A stretch of DNA of 64,000 bases. Origin: Trichoplax adhaerens (lineage: Eukaryota; Animalia; Placozoa). The DNA lies in the NCBI RefSeq assembly GCF_000150275.1, contig NW_002060943.1, positions 11,036,878-11,100,877 of the forward strand, written 5' to 3'. The notes beneath the pieces were generated by a model, which was not told where the DNA came from, did no database searches, and saw only the letters and a list, made by a program, of their open reading frames with translations. Shown here one piece after another: positions 31,369 through 45,000 of this stretch (within the stretch, counting starts at the first letter, position 1; every line of letters begins with the position of its first letter). Both the position numbers and the translations under genes were made by a program.

Positions 31369-34300
31369 CTTCTATTCATTACATGTTATCTTGATAGCTT
31401 ATGGAACTTTGACCTAATTCTAGAATTTGTATTTCAATTTACATTACGACATCACAATTCTCTCATCAAATTATGTAAAATTAGCGATGCTTTGATTTAT
31501 GTTTGTGCTAGAAATGCATCATATCAATGACATCAATTCTGTAGCACATGCACAGTACTTCAATGCGGCAAATTCTAAAAATTTTTAGCATTACTAACAC
31601 GAAATTGAAAGAATTTGTAAAATACTGTACTATATTTGCTTTTTTTACTAGATTGAAGCAATTTTTAAATCATTTATGGTTAAAAGAAGCATTTACGTAA
31701 CAATGTGTATTCAATAGAAAATGTAACTATCATTGATAAATGATAAAAATATAAACTAGCGATTAAGTATGAACACCCGTAGAATCTACCAATATTGACA
31801 CTTAAAAGGAAATAGGATGAGAGAGCTTCTACCTACTCATTGAAAAATCATTTCTGCTGATAAATATAAGTACGAAAGGTTTCAGTTAAATAGATTGAAT
31901 TATTGATGAACGCATTTACGGAATTCTTGATTCTTAACCGATAATGTCGGTACATTAAATTGAACTGAACGACATCCTATAAATCTGTAAACACTGTTAC
32001 GACGACAATGAGAGGTCTTTAAATCAACGATGTTCAGTTAATTCGGCTTCGTATAATGAATAACTTACTATTTCTATTCGAAAATATTCCTCTTTATTAT
32101 AATATCAATACAGCGAATATTAGATCTAATGAGAAAAGACAAAAATTAATACTGACGAATATTTCAAATCCGAATGCCTATAATAAATCGTATAAAGTGA
32201 ACAAGTATCCATTGAATGATGTTAATAAATGATGTAAATGCTGCTTTCCGTAGGATTGCATCACTTTTTAATCCTATTTACTACTATAACTATGAAAATC
32301 TGGACATTGATATCAACATAATTAAAATTCGTACGGCACTAATACTAAAGATTACATCCTGCGAAAAATATCTTTCATATGGCGTTAATAGCCAACATAA
32401 ATACTTGCTACCATATAACCTATAAGCATTTCAGTAATCCTGTTTAATATCGTAATAAGTAAGCATTATTCTATGAATTTGTTATCCTATGTTTAAAGTA
32501 GCTGTGCATTTTTGGCAATCATAAACCGTAGCCTGTTTGACCGTCTTAATCGTAATTACATGCACCCAATACTACAAACAAGATGGAAAAATAAAGCTGT
32601 TGACGTTCCCATTTTGTCAACAATTATAACTATTTTAATACAGTATTGTCGAATACGTATCGATATAAATGAGTTACAAGGCTCCGTAGTTAAGATAATT
32701 TTAAACAAACGTGGTATTAGTAGATATCAAATATGAAATTATTTATGCTTGCATGCACCATAGCATCCGCTCTTAGTTCTATCATCGATATCAGACATAT
32801 TTGCGAAGGTTGGCTACCTTAATCTAGTTATTTTTAAGTGTCCTAAATTGCAAGTTATGACATTTTCTATGGTTGTAGTCCCCAAATAGAAGTGTCAGCT
32901 ATTCCTTTAGACGATTGTCACGGTAGGAACCACTGTGAAGAGTAAATGACTAAATTTAGTGGTAAACGTTTATACATGAACTAAATTTCATGAATTGTTA
33001 TGATTCATGCATGATAGCTGCTGCCGAAGGGTATTTAAGCTCGGCAGATTGTTGAATAAAAGGAGTTCTATAGTTGTTTAACTTAGAAGCAAAGGCATCA
33101 AAATTTTAGTGAGGTAGTTGAGAGATACTGAATCCCAGAGATCATAGTAATTTAGAGATTCGTTTTACGTTAACTTTGTCACGAAGTTAGTTTGTGACAA
33201 CGACTTGAAAGTTCTTCCAAAAAATTCTTATACCCATCTACTATTCCTGGTACCGTTTGGAAGACATACTGTAGATGGGCTATAAATCCAGTACTCTTGA
33301 TTTTATTCGTTATACTTATGCTATGACGGTATAAACTCTACCCGACGTTATTAGTTATATTCATGTTATGATATTTACTGCTAATGTGATGACTAACGTC
33401 AGTCTTAATTGTCAAGATTTAGATATAGCTCCTTATTTAGTGTAATTACTTTAAATTAGCAACTTGTACTTGAATATAAGTACTTAAAAAGGGAGTATTT
33501 AAGGCTGTGTAAGCTAAGCACGAGCAGGAGGAAGGTTAGCGAAGAGTTATTGATTAGATCTGATCTCGTTACTCGTTGGTAACATATCGCTATTGATTTA
33601 GTTGTAGTACAGTTACTCGTTGATAACTTCTATTTTCTTGCTAACAAATTGAATATATTGTCGAATCTAAAGTCTGTTTGTTATTAACATTATTCATGAC
33701 TAAAGCGAACCCTTTATTATGTTTTATCCTTACATTTAATATTCAGTTATAGAATCTATAGGGCAAATTCATTCATTAATGAAATGGCAACTATGCTGCG
33801 TCTCTTTTATCTTTTCATATAAGTAACGTAAATAATATCTTTGTAATCTTATTAGTTATAATTAATCTTGCAATTAAACTTAGAACTGAGAGACTGTATA
33901 ATCAGTATATTCATTGCGTTTACAATAAATTTTAAGTTTCATCGTAAACAGACATCTGTTTTTTCTTATTGATATTTACTTTATTTGTAATACTGATTAA
34001 ATCCTATTTAACCTTTCTATTAATATCAAGCGCTATAAAAAAAACATTTATCTTTACAGTCGCTGCATAACTATTGCCCCCCATTGATCATATTTTAGTT
34101 ATGTTTTAGTTACAAAAGCAGTAACCAGGAAATAGTTTATACGAGCCTATTACTTACTTTTGCACATTATTCAATTTCCATTATCCCAGTTCATTGAACA
34201 GCAGCAAACTTCTAATAGGTAAATTTCATGATTTAGCAAAATATTTTTGCGTCAATATTAATTAAAAAAATGAAAATTTACTAATTCTATTTATTAACAC

Positions 34301-37194
34301 GATCATAATGACCAATTAAATATTTTGATCAAATTTTCTCTTCTATAAATAAATCATGTATTACTCTTAAGCTAAAATCAATTACTAAAAGTAACCTTAT
34401 TGCCTCTATATACAAAATAAAAACAATGCTACACCACATTATATATGCGGATAGTGTAATTAATGATTTCATTATAGCAATTTCTACAAAAAGCGACGGC
34501 AGATACAGAAGTATCTTTCTTTCAAATTACTAATAGAAGTATAAACACATTCAGAAATATTCACCTTCCTTTAACTAGCCGAATATGGTTCCGATCTGCT
34601 CATCCAGTACTAAAATCTAAGCTTACATTTTAATTAATTAAGCACTTATTATTCATCGATGCCCTTTTTTCAACATATGAAATTAACTGGATTCCTCATT
34701 TTAGTTCTACTTGCTAATTTTCCTGCAATTAATCTTGTATCACTTTTACATAGTCTAATCATAATTAGTTACTATACTTTAATGGAAGCAATTAATTTAT
34801 AAGAAATATGTAAATCAAATATCAATAAAACATTTTGCGATATTACTTAAGGCTCAAATAGGCTCAGTCAAAAAGAATTCTAATCTGCTGGCCAAGCACT
34901 AAAAATCTAGACCCCTATTCGATCAATTAATACCGTTCGTGAGTTAGTTTTTTTGCTATATTCCTAATTGAAAAAAACAGCAACTACAAGATAAAATAGT
35001 ATGTCAGTAATTTTAAACGATAGTATGATACAAAACTGAAAGCTCACCGACAGACAAATAGAATTATTGATGTTTATAATCTTGGAAAACGTAAATAAAA
35101 CAATCGGCGATACAAAATGTAGGATAAAATCTAATTTAAACAGATATATATAACACCGTTAAACCCTTGTATAAAAAGTACACTAACTTCTTTTGCAACA
35201 AAGGCTTGAACATGTATCGTACACAATAAACTATTCCTGGATCGATAACATTCATTCAGGATAAACGATATTGAAGGTTCGCAATTCTACTATCATGCAC
35301 TATTGTAATATTACAAATATCTAAATATGCCCGCAGGAAATAGAAATCTTGTCTATGACAGTCAGGAGTCATAATTTTTGACATATCTGAACTAGACATT
35401 GAAAATTCTCGAAAGTGAAAGCCTGCCTTGTAGAAATTTAACTTTAAACGTTGTAGTCTTGAAATAAGTCATTCTGATGAAGAAGAAAGAAATAACAAAT
35501 GCTGTATGATACCCATGTCATAATAGCTTTAGATTAAGGCAACCATTGACGTATTATACTGTAGCTGCGTTAGATGAGCTCAATCATGTAGAATAAGCAC
35601 AGCATCAGCTCTATACCTACCAGTATACCATAGAGAACTGAAAGAATGATTATGCTTTGAGATTAATCATCAATTATTAGATACTGTAGTATTCTATGTC
35701 AGTTTCTATTATAATTACAGACAATCGATTTTAAAAATCAAAAACTAATACGGAAGGTATACTTAACAAATAACGGTCCATTTGTTTATTTCTTAAAGCA
35801 ACAACGTTTTGATTGAATAACAGTACAACAACCTAAATCTAAGATTATTACTATGCTATAGCAGTATGATAACCTATACAGCATCACGCTAGGTTGATGA
35901 TGATCAATAATTAGTCAATCTTTATCAGGCTGAATTTCGCTGAGAATACGATCTCTTTAATTCTGTAAAGCGGTAAGCGTGATTGCTTTAATATGATGGA
36001 ATGTCAAATAGTATTCGGTCAACGGGTATCTCGTATACCTGAATTAGCATAAAAAAATTCTCTATTGATTGGAATTCGCATTTCCAATGAACATCTAGTT
36101 TTCAGATTGTTCCTATAATTTAAACTATCATCTAACTTGTATCCCTACCAGTTTGTAATCCCATGGTAAATTATTCAACCGATCTAAAAATTTCGACAAG
36201 CACTTGTACCTATCCAAATCTATGAGAAGGTAATGGCTTGTTTCTCCTATTGTATTTTTGTCATCATAACTTAAAACTCGTACTCTTTAATCTTAATCAA
36301 TCATCTACCTTTGTGAAGTGAAATACTCGACAAGTTCTCGTTTGATTCCACCCCATTTCATATCAATGTTTCAATCTCCTAATTTTTTCTCTTGTTGTAG
36401 TCATTCTAAATTCTGAACTACATTAATATATCAACCCTAATCCATTCTATTTTAGTGTAAAGTAAAAATTATCCATACTTTTACTAAAGACTGCTAGTAT
36501 CATGTTTTGTAAAATATCTACGGTATCCTACAGTAGCCTATATCATGCAGAAAGCCTATGGTTGTTGCGTTTTATATCATTTTAACGATGTGTGTATATC
36601 GCTGCAATCCTTGCAACTATTAATTGTAATTGAAGCACTATCCATATTTCACGAAACAAACATAATCAACAAAGAATTTGGATCTATTTCCTTACTAGTT
36701 TGCCTCAAATGAATGCTTTCTATCAGTTAAGCGTCCAAATTCTTAGGCGTGCAATGCTGCCTTTCCAATCCGACAGTACCTATAATAGTTTATTTTTAAG
36801 CGGATTTTTCCTATATCATTCAACCGTATTAATCCTTGAAGTATGAACATGTTTCTTGCAGAATAAAAAAATATTTACAAGAACTGGTATCTATGCTTGT
36901 CTACTTCAAGTACCGTGGAGCTTTTGTATTGGTGATTGCATATTCTATCTTTATCATTCTAACGATTAAGTATCTAAAATTCCAATCTCAATTTATTCTT
37001 AAAATAAATTACATATTTAAAATACTATTCATACTTTCATAATATAAAAATAACTAATAAAATACTTGTATCTACTCTTGTTTGTTTCAAGTGGATGTAT
37101 TGTGCCTATTTTTACATTTCTTACATTGCAGTTATTTTAACTCTAAATTAGAAATGACTTTCATCTTAATCTATTTTCTTATGCTGTTTCTTAG

Positions 37195-39062
37195 GATGTA
37201 ATTGATATCCGTGCCGAAATGAAAATACCGGAACAGGTATTTAGATCTGCTTAAGTTTAATTCTTGTAGATGTTGATGCATATTACAGTTGTTATATTTT
37301 CCATCATCTTCGTCATTTTTATTCTTAGAATATAAATAGATTTCGCACATAATGTAGGCAGGTTAGCAAAGATAGAAAATATACGTAATATTATAATATT
37401 ACTATAGCTTCTTCGTTCAAGCTGATCGAATTCAATCTACCAACCATGATGAATCTATAACAGCTAAAAATCGATCAGATTATAATTTAATTGATTCTGT
37501 GCTTTAGTGTAAAGAAGTTAAAGATTGGATGGCGCCTGAATATAATTATAGACAAGGAGTAAATTTCTAAGGATCTTTTGTTGACTATTAAAGCAACACT
37601 AACTTTAAAAGAATCTGATATCCGTAATAAATTCCATAACAAGTTTAAAAGCTATGCTTAGTCTTGGCAGTATGGCATTAGAAAAAACGTTCTAATTTAA
37701 GCCTTAATTGCACTCTACACAATGGGCAATCTTAATTCAGAAGAATTATTCTAATTATATTGCCATAAAATTGAAATGTATAAGAGACGTGTATGAATAT
37801 TGAATAAAATAAAACTAATTTATCCCTATGCTGTATAGATAGAATAAATTATTCACAATAATATCAGTAAAATATAATGATAAGCATGATGGTCAGGAGC
37901 AAAGAATGAACAGATTCTAGCCAATATTCTTTACAATGACTTTATTTTGAAATCAAAAATAACAGTGGAAAATAAGGATCTAATAACACTTCTATACCGA
38001 TACCCTTATTGCATAATATGATGATGAAGAAAAAAATAATTCTTAAGCTTGAGGTCACAATCATTCCATTCCAATATAGCTTCATGACGTCTACCAATGA
38101 TCACAGATGTCAACAGTAAAATATTTATAGTTCTAATCAGTCCCTGCTGTGAAGTATATGAATCACGGTATTAATCAAAATTACAATTCAATCATAATTA
38201 TTTATGATAGATCATCAGTTTATTTTCATCATTCTATCCATTTAACACAGTCATCGAAGATAATTGCCAATAAAATGAAAGAATCTCCTATTATGTTTGA
38301 GTTAATAGCAATTAGAATTCATTGCATCGAAGAAAGGGAATCGCGAATAACAATACTTTAGCAAGCAAGAGGTGTATCTAATTTCAATGTCCTCGTAGTT
38401 TTATGGAAATAATATAAAACAATCTCACCTACACCATGATTGATTGGTTAGCATAATAAAGATGGATAACTTGAATACACAAAATGACAAATAGAAACAG
38501 CTGCGAATATACTTTTTAAATGATCTTCTCTATCAATTTAAAATCGATCTCATTTACTAAATATTCTTTTCAATAGGAAAACGTCAAAAAATCGATTCCC
38601 GTAATAATCTTGTTAATTGAATAGAGATATGTTAAAGTTATTTTGTTTACCTAGTCTTTTACCACGGTTACGTTAGTCAATGGTTTAAATAGAAATCTAA
38701 ATTTGATACATATGTATATGTTATGACTTTGAATGTCTTTTTTCATAATAAATGGAATTACTTTTTATAGATGATATTTAAGTTAGTTATCTTTATCAAC
38801 TAGAATTGGGGCGTTGATTATACAAGAAATAAAGCTACTTATTTATAGCGACGTAAATTTACTCACGTTAACATTTCATGATTACAATTGCAGGGTAACT
38901 TATTTTAAACACTCTTACTCGATATCGTTGGGCGAAAAAGATATAATTCACAATTGTTAATCAGTCTGAGATTTGCAGTTGGCAAACTTTCACTTTTAGC
39001 TCTACATTACCATCTTTTAATTAAAGAAGCAGCTTTATTGCGATACCCTATAAGTCCTAACT
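37195..39062 (+). other. Probable 5'-UTR exons of the adhesion GPCR (37195-37236 and 38894-39062)
   Basis: Pyrimidine-rich acceptor tgtttcttag|G at 37194/5 and donor CAG|gtattt at 37236/7. Acceptor ttgcag|G at 38893/4 leads into the ATG at 39063. Confidence 0.45.
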
Positions 39063-42000
39063 ATGTGGAAGAATTGTATTGCAACCCTGATTATGGTAAG
39101 TTTTAAATAGATTTTTAATATAATAACGTGTAAATTGATTATTGAAATAGAACGAGTTGCCTACAGTTAGTTACTGGGAGTTCTCGATGTATTCAATTGA
39201 CAACCCGATTAATTTTTATTTTCTCCACTATCCACTATTGAGTGGATAAACTGTACTACTCCAATCAGTCGACTATTCGTACAATAGAAATCTCAACTAA
39301 CTGTAATGAGATACAACTAAATTTACAAGATACGAGTATATATAGAAAATGCTATTGATTTTCTTTAGCATTGAAAAGCAAGCATTAAATATGCCTTACC
39401 TATTTCAATCGATCTGCCGCTCATAAAACCTAACCTGATGGCTGATGCTTATGATTTTCCAACTAAAATGCCCAAGTACATTACCGTTAATTTTCCTAAA
39501 CACCAGTTAATAATCACGATATTAATAAAATAATATCGATGGTGATAATTATCAAAATATTATTCTCGATGAACATACCAGGTTAATACTTATTGAACTC
39601 ATATTATAGATTTATAGCCCAATCTGTTAATAAAAAAAACATTACGAATACGGTACAGCTACTCTCAGCTATTTCTTATTACTCGTTTAGCTTTTTCAGT
39701 TATCTTGTTATTTAATTACGCAAATTTTCGACCAAACTATAGAAGTGTACGTATGCTGCATACTGTACTATAGTAAAATTGAATGCGAATAGCTAGCCAA
39801 ACTATACAATAATACTTATTGTATTCACAGTAGATAGATAATATTCTAATACAGAGCTAATTCTGTAGCATCGCTATAGAAATTCAGTAGCTCTGATCAT
39901 CAAAGTTTAATGATTAATTGATAGTTCAAGGATTACTTTTGGATCAATCCGGATATACTATATCATACGCCTATGGATACAGTATGATCGCATCATTTTT
40001 TACATTCTGGTTCACATAGGCAATAATACTATTGTAATTTATTGTCGATTACAAACCAATGATCGAAATTTGTTCAATAAATATATGAGGATGTTGACCA
40101 AATTATCACTAAAGGTTTGGTCAGTACCAACTCAAGAATGATTCCTGGATCATTTTGGATATGCTGTTCTTAATTTCAATAGTACGATGGATCATTTTTG
40201 CAGTATATGTCTATTTCATCCTAATATGACGGCTTCCTTATTGACTATAGAATTAATCCCTAGCTTTGAACAATATTTATATCATTACCTTACCTTTAAT
40301 ATACTATCGATTAGACCATAAACAATATTCTTTCCAACCGCAATATCACCAATATTTGCTATTATAGCGAATGATGGTAACATAATTTTGCATTTCTGTT
40401 ATTAAGATATTAACTATCAAACATTTCGCTCACCCATCTCGTACTAAAGCGAACTTTTCATGTTCGTATAATAAAAGTACGGTAACATAGCAATCATCTT
40501 AATAGGCCAAAAATCTGGGAAAGTCTTAAGCTGGAAGTAAAAAATCTAACACAATCCCAATATTCTATTTACTATATCAGGCAGCCCTGCTGTCCTTTTA
40601 GGTTTAATGAGTCCGTTGGTATATAGAGAGGGAAACTAATTGTAGGTGTAAGTTTTACATTACAATCATTAACATGCTAAAAACGAACTTCCAAATCATT
40701 TTTAACCGACTGGATAGACTAATCACCTGTACACCTAAGACTATCAATTTCAATTTTTTATACGACTTATACTATAGCAACGGTCCATAATATACGCTAG
40801 TTGAAATACTGTAATGATTGCCATTCTTATTGGATCTATTTCTTTAATTAATTATTGAAATAGAACGAAGAAAGATTAATTATACATGCTTTAATCCAGG
40901 ACAGAATTTCCTAGTAAAAGTTACTTGAAAACTCCTGATTATGTGATTCTACAGTGTAACAAGAAAGATTAGTCTATATCTTTCATTGACTGGCATGTTT
41001 CATTGTTGTATAGGCCATAAACATCCCATGCCTTCACAACCTGTCGAAAACTAATGAACTTAACCATTAGGATACATGACAAGTTTTATTTTTTCAAGTG
41101 TCCTTCAATATTGGACTGTCGTCTATGATCAATAAGGCACAGGAGCAAATGATAACATACTTGCACACGTATTAATCAACGCTGTTGTAAACTGTCAGCC
41201 CTGCGATAGTATAGTAAGCCCAAGATACAGATATTTCTACGGCATCACTTATAGCCAGTAATAAGAATGGCTGTACTCTTTCTCTCCCTAATTAACGCTA
41301 CATCCTGTAAGCACTTGTTTGGCTATTTTAAGGCCATTACCGACTAGAATTGAACTCCAAGTAGGAGCAAAAAGTGAGAAAGTAACTTCTATTCTATCAA
41401 CATCATCGTCCTACCTCTCAGCCGGCACTAGTCCACTAGAACTGATCTAAAGTAAAAGTCACTAAGAAATTGACAATGAAGGAACTGCGCTAGACAGCGT
41501 TTCATAGAAAGAAATCCAGAAAAAAATGACTAATCTTTTTATTAATTTAATTGAGATCCGCTGGCATAAATAGGTTTTCAATGTTATTACAACAATAACC
41601 GCGTGAAGAAATATCGTATAACTTTCGTCAATTTTTTTCCAATCTAAATACCAAGACATGCAAATTGTTTCGTTAAGGACTTCGTAAATACTCAATCTAG
41701 TCATGAATATTGCAGTATTTCTAGAAATTAATGAAGCATTACACGCTAGCTATGATTTTAACAGATTTTCGAAGAAAGACTCATTAATCATTTTCGATCA
41801 TAAATTATTAATTTTACACAGGATTTGAGGCTAGCGGTCAAGATTAATGCAAGCACTGACAAATTTACTATTTTTTGTATCTCGATCAAGTTCAAATTTA
41901 GGAATAAATCCAATAGAATCAGAGAATAGTAAGTGATAGTAGAATTCCGACGGAAATAAAACCCAGTAACGGTCCACCTGTAATAGTTTCTAGGACTCTA

Positions 42001-45000
42001 CTATTGAGAATAGCATTAATTAGTCCAATACTATACATCCTCCATTCTTCATGATATTTTTTTACTATAACAAAGGCCAATTTTATTAAAATCGCTGGAT
42101 TGCGAATTGCCAAGAGCTAAGCGCTAGGAGCTATTCAAGGCATTAACAATAAAAAGTTAGATACCAACGAACGTTATGGCTTTAAGCATACTGATATTAA
42201 CATTAATAGGCTGAGTGATATAATACACGGATGTACGCTATGCAACTGAGATTAGTATCGAAGATTATAAAAGCTAATCAATTACAGAAATCGAACAGCT
42301 ATGCTAATAGGGAGGATACTTCCTTATTCATTTTAATTTAATGTTTATTAATACGATAAAAAAACGATGTGGTAAATCGGAAAGCCGTTAACTTTCAATT
42401 AATTAATTATTTATTACGGTATCATACAACAATCACTAACAGATATGCGTTGTTACTGTAAACTTAAGATAGATTTCAAAAGGGATCTAAAAGCCATTAT
42501 GTCTTTTGATGAAGAAAATTAATAAACGTGGAGATCTCATAACTTGAAATCTACTTTAATGCATTGTTGGCTACCGTAAATAAGTGTGAAGGGAGAGAAA
42601 ACATAACAAGCCTCCTTTCATGTTGCTCTATTTTAGATTGCTTAGCTATATAGGAATATAAAAGAAAAAAAATCCATGAACAGCCTAACTAAGCACAGAT
42701 CGCAATACTTGGATACAATTCACTCAACAGTCTGTGTTGGAATCATTTTAAACTTCTATGCTTCTAACAGCCGTTTACTCTAGTCTAGTCTGCTATCAAA
42801 CTGCTATATTTTAAATTAAGTAGTAATAACTAAACTTGATGAAATTCACAACTGAAGGGATGATCGATTGTCTTGAAGTAATTAGGCGCTCAATTCGAGG
42901 TAATTATGCTTTGAGTTGCTTCTTTTGGGGGTTGCTAGCAATAAAAGTTATTCATTGATAATGAAATAAAACCACGTCAGTAGGACTTCAGTAAATTTCT
43001 TTCCTCCTACCTAATACTTTGAGATCGATTGCTCTTGATATAAACCATATTTTGTTTGGTTTAGTCATTCCTACTTGCCTCTAATTTAAATTGGCAAGCC
43101 CACAGTGGCTATCGCGAAGTAATTTTACCGCCATTTTCTCCCCCAATTTATTATCGACAAGAATGATATAGAATCATTGATGACATTCGAACCGCCGTGA
43201 AAGAGGCGCAACGAAATTCACAGCCGAACACGGAGATCAGAACAAATCTTTCCCCTCCCCTCTCTCCCTTTTTGTTTTTTACTTACATTAAGTTCTGTTA
43301 CGTTCTTTATGAGGTTTTTAGCATAGTAATTTCATCGATACAGCATGAATAAGAATCGATTTCCTATTAGAAATACCCGTATAACGTATTTATCCCTCTT
43401 AAAATATTATAACACTTTGGAGCAATTAGTCACGCCATTAATATAACCGAATAGATCAACAGTTCGGTCTCAAAATAATCAATAATTAATTGCATTCTTT
43501 CAATCTCCATGTTCAATTTGCAATATTGTACAGTATACTGTAATTTATCCCTTAAAGCACAACGGTGTCTCAAACAGATCATGTTACAGAGATGCTGTAT
43601 CAGGGCTACTAAGTAATCCATGGCTATACCTTCCATTCGTTTATTGTATCGCTATGGCTATACCATGGCTACAATAACGCCATCACAATAATTTACTCGC
43701 TTTTTCTGATCCTGTTAATTAATTGTCTGCCTTCTCTCTTCTCTTGGAATGGTGCCGCTTTAGTGCACTGGCCTATCCTTTATTTTTGATTTAATTTGAT
43801 ACTTGTTGTTCTTAATCACTGATTGCTATCCCTGCTTGCATTACTAAGACAACCATATTTGTTTATATCGTTGAATCGTTCATCGCAAGCAAAACAGTCA
43901 ATATTTATGGCTCAGGGGAATTTACCACTTGCCGAGAGCTTGCTGTACAATTCTACCTTTCCAGTAATTTTTCCTCATTTTCTTATCATCACGGCAATGG
44001 CATACTACGGTAACATGCTTTCTACACCATATTCGGTTTGCTAAAGCTAGCTACAGTATTGTTAGTTTAAAATACACGGTGATCAAGTTTTGTCGTTGAC
44101 TGATGGCACATAAGCAGCTCGATTTACCTGGACTTACTCTATTTCGTGATGGTCTCCTAATAGGATACTTGTTCCCATATATCTCGTAGTATATTACTGA
44201 CTTTCGTGCTAAATACACATACTTAATATGTCTTAGCCTAATAAACTGGCCAATCACAGGTTGACGTTTATTGGCACTATACTTGCATACAGTAAATATA
44301 TATAATATATGTTGACATTTCTTCGCTTACTGGATCATTCTTTTCTTTTTTCTACCTTTTTCTTCTCTCTCATCCTGCTTGTTAATAAAGGTCTATCTCT
44401 TACACATCACCTTGTGCTAGCTCTCTATAAGACCACAGGATATTATACTTGTCATGGTCCTCTATGAATCCATCTTGACAGGAACTACAGTACATACTAA
44501 CGTAAAAATAACAATTTCCAATTTTGTATGAATTTTAGTGATTTTAGCAATTGAAATTGGCCTTGTTACTTTTCATTTTCTGTTTATCAGTAAATCGTCT
44601 CCATGTTGTCTGCGTATGTAATATTCTTACACTTGTATGCTGTTTTGTTTTAATTGCTGCTATGTATCCCTCGACTCCGTTATGGAGAATCTACATAACT
44701 GCCGAATAGACCAAAACGTTTTAGGTATAAAACTCCCTGTCATAAAATTGCATCCAAAGTTATACAAGCAACACTTTCCGTTTTTACAATCAAGGGGAAA
44801 ATGGTGTGATAACTTGATTCTATTCCAATTTGAAAGAAAGAGTTGGCAATAACTGCAGTTATAACAACGATAATTCTGATGCATGAGGCGGTTAACATGA
44901 AGTTTATTGACCCTTAATAGCCGAATTTAATGATAGAATATTTAAGCTATATTAGCAATATTGACATACTGTGCATAAATAATAATGGATTGGATTTTAA

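Noticed and set aside
43175-43225. TTGATGA...CGAAA resembling a hammerhead ribozyme core
   Set aside because: The core is TTGATGA rather than CTGANGA, the stem II closing pair would be C-C, and I could not form stems I and III.
31400-44900. Scattered 60-80-aa ORFs (32216, 32512, 36836, 38149, 41462, 41919, 43430, 44051, 44637, 44660)
   Set aside because: Ile/Leu/Asn/Tyr-rich compositions expected from random AT-rich DNA, with no domains, splice chains or transposase/RT motifs.
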